NCBI RefSeq assembly: GCF_009914755.1
Contig: NC_060935.1
DNA from: the human T2T-CHM13v2.0 reference genome, Homo sapiens
Direction: 5' to 3' (one strand)
DNA length: 64,000 bases
Shown in pieces: positions 53,511 through 64,000 of the stretch (its first letter is position 1; each line of letters starts with the position of its first letter). The notes below the pieces were generated by a model. That model saw only the letters and a program-made list of their open reading frames with translations, was not told the origin of the DNA and ran no database searches. A program made the translations under genes and the position numbers.

Positions 53511-54418
53511 CAGTGATTCTCAACCAAGGAACCCTAAGGGGCACTTGGCAAAGTCTGTAAACATTTTTATTTGTCACTAATGGTAACAAGTAAAGTGGGT
53601 GCTGGTTGGGTACTACTTACACCTAATAGATAGAGGCCAGGGATGCTTTTTAAATTTATTTAGTTATCTCTATATATTTATAAGAATTATATATATTTAT
53701 GGTATACAACATGATGTTTTGATGTATGTATACATTTTGGAATGGCTAAGTCGAGCTAAGGAACATATCTACTACCTCACACACTTATTATTTTTGTGTA
53801 GCGAGAACATTTAAAATCCACTCTTTTGGCAATTTTGAAGTATATAATGCATTGTTATTAACCATAGTCACCATGTTGTACAATAGATCTTCTGAACCGA
53901 TCCTCCTTTCTAACTAGAATTTCGTATCCTTTTACCAACATCTCCCCAACCCCCAACCTCCACTCCTGACCCCCAGCCCCTGGTAACCATCATTCTACTC
54001 TCTGCTTCTACGAGTTTCAACTCTAGATTGCAGAAATGTGAGATAAGGCAATACTTGTTTTGCTGTCCTTGGCTTATTTCACTTAGCATAATGTCCTACA
54101 TTTTCATCCATGTTGTCACAAATGACAGGATTTCCTTATTTTTTAAGACTGCATATTATTTCATTGTGTGTGTGTATATATATAAATGTGATATATATAT
54201 ATATATATATCATTTTTTTCATCTATTCATGGTTGATGGGCACTTAGATTAATTCCACATCTTGAGAATTATAAATAATGCTGCAATAAACTTGAGAGTA
54301 CAAATATTCCTTAGACATACAGGATTGCTTTTAAGCTTTCTACAATGCACAGGACAGCCCTCTCACAACAACGAATTATCCATCTGAAAGTCAATCGTGT
54401 GGAAGTTGAGAAAACCTG
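53511..54418 (+). mobile_element. MER20 (hAT) split by an L1MA insertion (53511-53647 and 54321-54418)
   Basis: cagtgattctcaacc...tagaggccagggatgc | ctacaatgcacaggacagccc...gttgagaaaacctg. Confidence 0.85.
53648..54320 (-). mobile_element. L1MA 3' end
   Basis: tatatttatggtatacaacatgatgttttga...ggcttatttcacttagcataatgtcc; degenerate TSD agggatgctttt / aggattgctttt. Confidence 0.88.
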
Positions 54419-55149
54419 CTCTAAAATCAAGAGAAAGATCCTAGTTCCATTCCGACTTAGAGGTTGAACCATGGGACCATGATAAGGGGAGACACTGAGT
54501 CTCTAAACCCTTGGCAACACAAGTGTTTTCTTCTACCCAATGGTACCTGTTTTGAAAGTTTAATTATATCACCTTCTTAACTTAAAGATGGAGCTTTACA
54601 ATTAAGCAAGAGGTGGTGACATTTGTGCTGGATAGACCCTAACTTGAATTCTTGGTCAATTGCTTACTAGCTTTGAGACCAGGCAGAATGTTTTTAACCT
54701 CTCTGTGCCTAAATTCCAACATCTGTACAATGAAAATAATAATAATTAACTTGCACAGTAGCATGAACATTTAATAAATTGCTGAAGTTTCAGATGTTTG
54801 CAGCTAAAGTTTAAGATCCTTGCCATCAGATCTACAGTCTAATATCCATGCCAGCAGAGAAGGCATTTTTGATGCTTGCTATGGGTTAGTGACTTTATAC
54901 ACATAATAATTTCACTTATTCAACAGCATTTAAAGTAGACTGTTGCAGTGGCTATAAAAAGGAGAGAATGGGCACCACATTATCTCATCTAGACTGAGGT
55001 TTTCCCAGCAGGGACCTTAATTGTACTTTTGTGATGAGACATTTTCTTAGTGCAAAACAGGACAATATTTGACTCCCTAGAAAGACTGTTAACAAATTTT
55101 CCCTTTGCATCCTTGACATTATCCTCCCTCAGCTCCCACCTATCTCTTT

Positions 55150-56270
55150 GACTTTTTTTGTGTTTTGTTTGGTTAATCTCCTTAAATAATGCATTTTAAA
55201 GTTTAATGTATTCCTGAAATTCTGTCCTGAATCTTCTGTACTTCTGACTCTTTCTCATTCATTCCTAAATAACACCCCCCCTGAGTGACTTCATATACAT
55301 TCAAGATCTCAACTGCTTCTTCTAGGAGCAACATCTCCCGAATTGATTTCTAGCTAAAAACAATTTGAAGTCCTACAGAGCATCAGCTTCACAAAAGAGG
55401 CAGTCTTGTCTAGTGGTGAACAAATACAGGCTTGAAGATACATAGAACTGTAGTAACGTTTGACTCTGGCACTTAACAAATGGAGCAAATTAACTTCTCT
55501 GAGACTTCATCCTCAAAATAAAAAAGAATAATACCACATTACATGGCTTTTGTGATGATTAACATAAGGAGGGTCTGGTAGAGTTTCTGACATTTAATTA
55601 ACCCACAATATTTTTACTCAACATAGATACCTTAAACGTAACTGTTTCCAATTGTAAATTACTTTTCCTGTATTTCCATTTGCCAAAGGAGAAATCCTTA
55701 CTCTTTTTTAACTTCCACATTGAATACCTATATGTTCTAATTCTAATTCTATTTTGGTTCTGACCTTTCCTTCCATTCTCAGTGTTTCTGCCTTAGTTTG
55801 GGCCTTTATCACTCCTTACCTGGATTACTGCAATAGCCTCAAACTGTGTCTCTCTACCTCCCCTCTCCCCACTTCCCTAAATTCCTACTAAAAGAACTAA
55901 TCACTTACATGAAAAAAAACTAATCACTTACATTTCACAAACTCATATTGGCTTCATTTGACTTTGAGAATAAAATTCAAACTGTTTAGTCTACAAGGTT
56001 TATGGTCTGGTTTCTGCTTTCTTCTTTAGCCCCATCACCACTCCACCTGATGAACTCTAATCTTCATTTTTCACTCACCTTGTAGCAGGCATTCTCCATC
56101 ACCTCCAAAGATAGTGAAGCGCCTCTTCCTCTATGTTCCTACATCACTGGAGCTCACCTCTGTCGTAGTATGTATCACATTATTGTAATTATTTGCTCTG
56201 TGTCTGGCCAGATGTACTGAGTCCATATGAAATATTTAATAAACATTTGTTTTTCAAAGGAATGACTGAT
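55150..56270 (+). mobile_element. L2 fragments with an embedded MIR (~55400-55610)
   Basis: tacctggattactgcaatagcctc and terminal aataaacatttgtt...gaatgactga. Confidence 0.6.
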
Positions 56271-56889
56271 GTATGAATTTGTCTTGCAATATGAAAGACA
56301 GCAGCTACTGTCTTTGGTGTGTAACTGTGCTTTACTAGCCTGTATTGCCTATCTCTTTCTACTATGCTGGGCAAGTTAAATTGGTTTATTCATACCTGAA
56401 GTTTAGAAAGAAAATAGTAATAAGTCATGCATACATATATAGAATCATACACACATACAGGTTCCCAGTATAAATGTAATCAGAGCAATCATTTGATAAA
56501 CAATTATTTGATTAGTGAAATTATCTTTTGTATATGCAGCCTGAAAGTCCATTGGGTCATCAATGGCCAATAATTCTCCCTAATTCAGCCTTTAAATGTG
56601 CCTTCATATTCTTATAAAACACATTTCTGAAAAAAAGACTGCTATATAAGGAAAAGGTCAAATGCATCTGAAGACTAGCTTTAAGAGTTGTAGTTTTCTT
56701 TGCCACGAAGGCTTGCCAGCACAGCCTGGTGCAGTAGAAGGGTCCAGCTTTTGCATCTAGATAAGTCTGGATTCAAATCCAGATGCTTACTATGTGAACA
56801 CAAGCAAGTCATTTAATTGCTTTCAGTGGCCTCATCTATAAACTGCCAGTATTAACACTTGTCTCAAACAGCTTTGTGGGATTCAGTTG

Positions 56890-57068
56890 CAGGGTTTCTT
56901 TACATCAATACTATTCAGATTTGGGGCTGTGTAATTCTTTGTTGTGGTAGGGGCACTGTCCTACGCATTGTAGGATGTTTAGCAAACACTAGATTCATGG
57001 CAGTCTGCAGACATTGCCAAATGTTCCCCAGGAGGTGGGTGGGAAGTGATTACACCTGGTTGAGAACC
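56890..57068 (-). mobile_element. MER20 inserted in a MIR (~56720-57125)
   Basis: cagggtttct...cagacattgccaaatgttcccc...ggttgagaacca. Confidence 0.8.
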
Positions 57069-57538
57069 AAATTATATATGTTATAATATTTATGATATGC
57101 CCAGAATATAGTAGATGTTTCATGAATCTCCTTCTCCTTTCCTTCCCTATTGGGGCTAATGAAATTCCATACTTATATTTTCTTGGAAAAATACTTATAT
57201 ATAATAATAAGCACCTTCCTGTCAATGCTTAGTCTGAGATGTGTGATATATTTTTCAGCCTTACCTGGCTCTTCACAGCAGCTTTACTCAGAAAAATTTA
57301 ATTATCAGTACAAAGTGATGGTCTGAATTTTCCAGTGATGAAGCTGGGGTTCTAATAAGTGGTTTTTGTGAAGATGGAAAATATGTACTTCTTTTAGTTG
57401 GAGAGGAAAGAGAAGGAAAAGCAACAGAAACTACAAAGCTGAAATAATTTGAGGCTGTAGGTGTCATGGCAATGCAAGTTGAGAGACGATCGATTCCCCT
57501 AGATTCTGAGTGGCACATTCTGTGCACGGAGTGCTGGC

Positions 57539-57560
57539 TGACGTCAATCGGATTAAGTGG
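57539..57560. promoter_or_regulatory. Candidate enhancer core: palindromic CRE plus overlapping GGATTA and TTAAGTGG homeodomain sites
   Basis: TGACGTCA at 57539-57546 then atcGGATTAAGTGG, in apparently non-repeat DNA that retains CpGs; function inferred only. Confidence 0.35.
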
Positions 57561-58539
57561 CCTCAATGCGAGCACTGCATGCAAGATGAGTGCAACGCAG
57601 GCCCCAGGATTTGTCATTGCCTCCAAAGGAAGGTTCCTACTTCATAGCAAGAATAAGGACAGTCTGTGAATGAGTAATGAGAAGAGGCACGTTCTTGCTT
57701 AAGGAAAAGCTCTCCTGGTTTGTAAAATTGTTGCAATGCAGGTGAAATCTGAAAACACATAACTTTTATTGCACATGCATTTATTCAGAATAATCGCTGC
57801 AGCAAAAATGGTGTACTTTTCTATTGGATCTGGGAAGTATAAGCTCCCCTGACTTCATTTTGTAAAAAGGTGATAGATTTTCAAGGCAATATGACCTTAA
57901 GACATGAATTCAGGGAGAACAGAGGCTCAGAGTTCAGTAACAGATGTTGCCACTGCTTCTAAATTAATAATTTAAGTAAATTAATCCATTCAATCCCTTA
58001 AAATTGTGTCTGGCATAATAAATTCTATATAAGTGTTAATTATTTTTATTACTATTACTTCTGCTACTGCTGCTACTTTCATTTTTTATAAAATATTATC
58101 CTTCATAGGTCATCTGAGGGAAGATTTCTCAAAACCTCTAGGATGGATTAAGCTATTCTCTTCTGTGACTCCACAGATATAAGTTATCCCATTCATAACT
58201 TATTCTATTCTATTAAAATTGTCCACTTAAGCTGTTTCTCTTTTATTGCAATGACCTCTTTGGTTGAAAGGTCTTGTATTTTTCTTTTTCTTTTTTGAAT
58301 TTTTAGCATGAACACATTGCTTGGTTCACATATGTTTGTGTAATTTACTGAAAATTTCTTCTCAGTAAGTACTCTTCATGATCTTTCTAGAATATTTCTG
58401 TTGTAAAGAATGCATGCCTGGCTAACCAGTAAAAGTGAGAAGAATTGTTAGAAACTTCTTAAACATCGTTGGCTTGCTTTTCATCAATGTCATTCATCTG
58501 AGTTGAATGGAGACTCTTTTTCCAATCCTGTGCAGTGAA

Positions 58540-59166
58540 GAATTAACCTTACTGAAAGAGAGGACTGGCCTTTTCCCTTAGCACCAAGAAGTGACCTCTA
58601 GGTCCCTGGAATGTTCTTTATAATAGGAGTGGTGTCTTTGTTGTCTGGGAGCTTTGGCCATCAGATACCCTGATGATATAATTTATGATGGGTACTTTGG
58701 GCCACACACTATTGGTTCTAACATCTGGGGTGATTCATAACTAAAGGGATTAGTCTGACCTCTGGAAAGGGCTAGAAAGTAAGCCTGTGGATGGCATGTG
58801 ATCAAGCCCCAGTAAAATTTCTAGACACCACAGACTCAAAAGTGCTTCCCTTGTTGGCAATACTCTTGTGTGTATTGTCAGACATCAGGGCCAGGAGGAG
58901 GTAAAAATCTCCTTAACTTCACAGGAATAAAACAATTGGAAGCTCCATATTTGTACCCCTCTAAGATGCTACCCTATAAATCTCTTCTTTTAGGTACATT
59001 AGACATGCATCCTTTCCCTGTAATAAACCATAAGTGTCATAGCTTTCAGTGAGTTCTGTAAGTTCTTCCAGCAAATTTTCAAATCTGAGGGTGGTTTTGA
59101 GATACCCCTGAACTCAATGCCAGAAGTGAGGGTGATCTCATGGGTAATGTTCCCTTTAACTATACA
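58540..59166 (+). mobile_element. MER21-family LTR (MER21B/C-like)
   Basis: aaagagaggactggcc...ttcccttgttggcaatactc...ctgtaataaaccataag...gagttctgtaagttcttccagcaaat. Confidence 0.75.
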
Positions 59167-60257
59167 GTTGGCTAAGACTACTGCATGCTGACTTGAGTTT
59201 CGGTCAATTGATGATGTTATCATTTATGGTTTGGGTCAGATTGGTCTAGTATTTTTCTTGGAGATCATTTCTCTGTACCTAGAACCTTTGAGTCTACCCA
59301 AGACCTTAGCAGTAAATTTTCTCCCATCTGTTATTTGGCAGAATTGGGTGGGTACAGGGGTGGGGTGCAGTACAGATACAGTGAACACATTATAAGGGTA
59401 TTACAGGATGAATTTACCTGAATTGTTTTCCCCCCTTTTTACTTGAATGGATATAATCTCACAACATTTCTTCACATGCATGTTATCCTTTGCTTGTGTT
59501 GTTCAAAGATGATCACTTTTTGCCAATCACTCAGGACTATACGTTCATACTTAGATACATTGTTGGATAATAGACATCATTTTCCATAGCTGAGTGAATC
59601 CAGGGGCTGACAGTTGAATGACACAGGATAGTTTGCCAAGAGGAATAACTACCCCCCATATTTGGAAGCATGCATTTTTTTCTACCTCTACACCCAAACC
59701 TTCTACCTTTCATCATGGGGCCGCTAATAAGGCATATCCTTAGAATAAAACAAGTTTGTAAGTAATGAATCAGAGAGAGTTCTCAATCCTCAAATGGAGG
59801 AGTACAAGTATATAAGTGTACTTATGTAGTTACTTACGGATTCAACATAGCTTCTTTTTCAGGCCCTCATTCTCCTAGGCTGGAAGGAATCTTAAATCAT
59901 TCTTTCCTGGGATATTTCATGATTTTAGTGGGCACATGTGTAGTTCCAGGACTTTGTAAGAGATGACAGAAAATATATGGTCTTAGAGATATCTAGATAC
60001 ATAAGTAATCACCAAAATGTTCATATCTACCGTCAGTTTGGTGGCATACTCTGTTTCTATGCCACTCTGGGTCTGAAGACTCTTTCTGTGAGCCTCTCAT
60101 GATCCCATCTGTTGCAGTTAAACAACTTTCTCTCTCAGATCTTACTGCCTTCAAGGGAAACTGGTGAGAAGTTGGTGGCTGCACTTCTTCCTTGTTATCT
60201 GCCTCCTCTGTGTCTTAGCTTAGAAGAAAAATTATTCCCCCCATGTTTAGCCCATAC

Positions 60258-60352
60258 GTATGTGTGTTCATGTATGTACACAGTGTAATACATATATGTA
60301 CACATATATACATGTATATATGCAAGCATATGTGTGTATATGTATATATAAG
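60258..60352. repeat. (TA/TG/CA)n low-complexity tract
   Basis: Directly visible. Confidence 0.85.
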
Positions 60353-60805
60353 ATAAAAGTTTTTATAAAAATTCATACCTCTACTACATTGTATAAAGAG
60401 TATTCTTTAAAAAGTACTTATGTCTATCCTATTTTGTTATTGATGAGGGTCATTAACCAGATTGATTTTATGAGCACTGATGCATCACAACCTAGTGTTT
60501 AAAAAACACTAATTCAGTCATGTGACAGTTCTGTTTTCACAGCTGAAATGAACTTTCATGGGAGGTGCTGAATTCTCTTCAACTTTCAGGTCAGAGAGTC
60601 AGTGATCCATGAAACCATGCAATTGGAAGTATTTTCTTGCAGAGGATTACATTAAATAAATTCCAACTCCTATTAAGTCCTATGATTCTGAGAATACATG
60701 TTTGGAAAACTAAAATTTAGGGCTTAATAATCATTTTTGAGTAAGTGATCCCAAGTCTCATGTAATCACTTCAGCACAGGTATTAGTGTTCCTATTTTAT
60801 TGACA

Positions 60806-60864
60806 GAAGGAAAGGAAAGGGAAGGGGAAGGGGAAAGGGAAGGAGAAGGGGAAGGGGAAGAGAG
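60806..60864. repeat. (GGGAA)-type purine repeat
   Basis: Directly visible. Confidence 0.85.
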
Positions 60865-61463
60865 ATTCTGAGAGATTTAACATCCTTAGTGTCACACGGC
60901 TAATAAATTTAGAAGTGGACCCAAATCCATATAATCAAATTACTACCTCATTCACTTTATACTATATCACTTTGCCTTTTCAAGGACTGTTAAGCTTTAT
61001 AAAGTGCCTATTACAAGCTAACCACTATTCCAAGACCATTGCATGTAGTGACTAATTAAGCCTAACTGCAATCCTATGAAACGTATGGAAATAATAATTT
61101 CCCCCATTTTATAGAAGAGGAAACTAAGTCAAAATAGATTAAGCCACTTGCTTGATAGAATATCGCTTTTAAAAGATTGAACCAGAATTCAAGCTGAGAT
61201 GGCTCAAGAAAAAACTTTAGTGCAGAAGTCTGTAGGAAAAGTATGTTTACTCACTGGTCCAAAATAATAATAATAAAAAAAAAACTTGTACTTTCAAAGG
61301 TAAATTTTAATGTCAACCTGTCACTATGAATGTATATATATATACTTTTTATTTTTTGCTTAAGTACTTATACTTCATTATATATGCGTGTGTTTCACAT
61401 ATAGACAGAAAGTTTAATAAAAGCTATATCATTAAACCATAAGCTAAGAATGGTCAGGAAAAG

Positions 61464-61768
<305 letters not shown>

Positions 61769-62674
61769 TCATGATGAATGTCAGCCTTGGCCTTGACCAC
61801 TAGGAATGGGGGGGATGATTTAGTGCTGATATTCCGTGAAATTTTATTTTTGATTACCGACAGAATTTATTAAGTAAAATAAACTTTTATCATAATCTAA
61901 CATAGAAAAGTGGTTCAGTTTATTAAAATGTTTGATTAACACCAAAGAGGATTTATAAAACTAGCCCAAAGACTTTATAGTTCTATGGCTATATTAGGAT
62001 TAAAGCCAAGTATTTAAAGTTTAAAAGCTAATAAATTGTTGGTAATATATAATAGGAAATAAATAGAAGTGGAAATAGTATAGATTGGAAATAGTATTGG
62101 AAATACTATTAACAGAGGCCCCATTGATTTAGTAGAGCTGAGACTGGAAATAGACAATATTATATTATTTGGGTGACTTTAGATGAAGAGTTAATTCTGT
62201 AGACTGAGTACAGCAGCAGGTCTTGAAGCTTTTTTTGTTTTCGTCACCAATGCTTGCATAGCAGTGATTCAGTGTTATTTGCAGATTTTGGTGAAACATC
62301 AAACAGTTTTTCAAAAAGTAAAGCATAGCAACAATTTATTATCTGAACCAGGAAAAGCTTGAAAATAAAAGAGGAGTTATTAATAATTACACTGCGACAA
62401 TAGGCATTAAATGGGACTGTCCTAGGCAAATTGAGAGGTAAAGGAAGAAGTTTCAGCCAGTATGCTTAAAATGTTGAAGTTCTTTTTCTATATCAGTTAG
62501 AAATTGTCCACAGACCCAAGTCTCCCAAATATCCCTCATTGTTTCTTGAAGCATTTCAGTCCTTCCCTTAGGACCCACCAGACCCACCAGACCAAATCTT
62601 GATCCAACAAATGAAGGGACAATGATTAGGCCCTCTTATAGCACTATACATTGGGGTCCTGGTATCCAAAAACA

Positions 62675-62780
62675 GGGCAACCATATTCCCAGTTTCTGCC
62701 CTGATTTAACTATTAATAGTGCCCCTTTAAATCACAAAAAAATGCTGTAAGTTGAATGAATTTGTTTTGACAGTCCTATC
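62675..62780. mobile_element. MER81-like hAT MITE
   Basis: agggcaaccatattcccagttt...tattaatagtgcccctt. Confidence 0.5.
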
Positions 62781-63289
62781 TGAACGAATGCAGCAATCCT
62801 GCTTGGAACAGGAAAAGAGAATGGAAACACTTCCCAGTTCCTAAATCCACCAAACTAAATAATGTAATAAGTACTCAAGTTGTGAAATATGGCATATAAT
62901 AATAGCCTCCCAGTGTGACTGGTATCCTATGGTGTGGGTCTTGCAGCTTTACTCTAGAACACAAAGTTATTTGCCTTGAAGCTGTGGACTTCTTTGAATG
63001 AAGATGAGTCAGACAGTCCTTTGGGGCAGAAAAAGAGGATGTATAATACTGCACTGGAATTGATTCCATTTCCTGTGAATATTCTCTTCCCCAGAAACAG
63101 CCTTTGGTCTCCAATAATTATTTTAAGATACTTTCTAAGTTGACATTGTGTTGGTTTCTTGGCACTTAAAATTGTGTTTATCTTGAAGCATAATGTATCT
63201 CAACCACCTACATATACAAATCTTATCAATGTCATACTAAGAGTGGTATTCTTCTGGAAGCTGAAAGTGATCAGAAAAGATTAAATTTG

Positions 63290-64000
63290 CTCATTCATAG
63301 ATTTGACCAGTGATTAAGTATTTATGAGTACCTCTTCTGTGTCAGGAACTGTCCTAAGTACTTGGAACACATCAAAGAAAAAAAACAGACAAAATAATCT
63401 TGGGGAGAAGACTCTGCATTTTAAAATAAGGTGGTCAAGATATTTCTTATGAAGAAAATGAGATCTGAGCAATGACTAGAAAGAAGTGAGAGATTTACCA
63501 TTGTGAAAATTCTGGTGAAGAGAATTCCCCAAGGTGGGAGTAAGCAGTATACAGGTTCTGAGATGAGGTTTTGGGTAACCATTCAAAGAACAGCAAGCAG
63601 GTAAAGATGACTGTAGCAGAGTGGACAGGGGAGAAAGTAGCAAGAGATGAGGCTGGGTGAGCCAGGAAATAAGAGCCAGATGATGTCAAGTTTATATAGG
63701 CCATTGTCATTATCTAGATTTTAATCTAAGAAAAATGAGATTCCACTGGATGGTTTTGTCCATATTTGTGACATTATATGACTTGCATTTTATAAGGCGT
63801 ACTTTGGCTGTTGTGGGTTAGGAACAGGCTGTAGGGATGAAGGTTTGGAGCCCATGATAGTAATCCAGGAGAGAGATGATGTTGAGTCACAACAGGGTAG
63901 ACAAAGTGGAACTGGTGAGAATAGGTAATATCCTCTCTACACTTTGCAAGTTCAAAAACAAGAGTTCCTGAGGAATATGAAGTGTGAGAGAAAGAGAAAA
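63290..64000 (-). mobile_element. L2, running off the window end
   Basis: tcattca...tatttatgagtacctcttctgtgtcagg...ccactggatggtttt...gtaatccaggagagagatgatg. Confidence 0.8.

Overview
This is AT-rich, CpG-depleted primate genomic DNA (catarrhine, human-like: it carries AluY-type and MER11 elements). It looks intergenic or deep intronic and is dominated by transposable-element relics. I found no protein-coding exon, structural RNA gene, CRISPR array or prokaryotic feature. The ORFs I can assign are L1 ORF1/ORF2 remnants, THE1-internal remnants, Alu read-throughs or microsatellite translations; the rest are short frames resembling no protein I recognise. 1-15.5 kb is a stack of L1s with a full-length THE1A inserted into an ancient L1M. 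16.6-18.1 kb is a Tigger2-in-Tigger2 nest holding two head-to-head Alus. The remainder is a mosaic of Alu, L2, MIR, MaLR/ERV solo LTRs (two MLT2A, MER11, MST, MLT1, MER21, LTR16) and hAT/Tigger MITEs, with short unique stretches between them. I see no evidence for a new biological system. The best leads are mechanistic scars (a twin-primed L1, a young dispersed duplication carrying a GGAA microsatellite, template-switch hairpins) and candidate regulatory modules (an MLT2A LTR with intact DUX4-type site, TATA box and splice donor, plus two CpG-retaining motif clusters at ~53.2 kb and ~57.5 kb). Subfamily names are from recalled consensus sequences, not from a RepeatMasker run.
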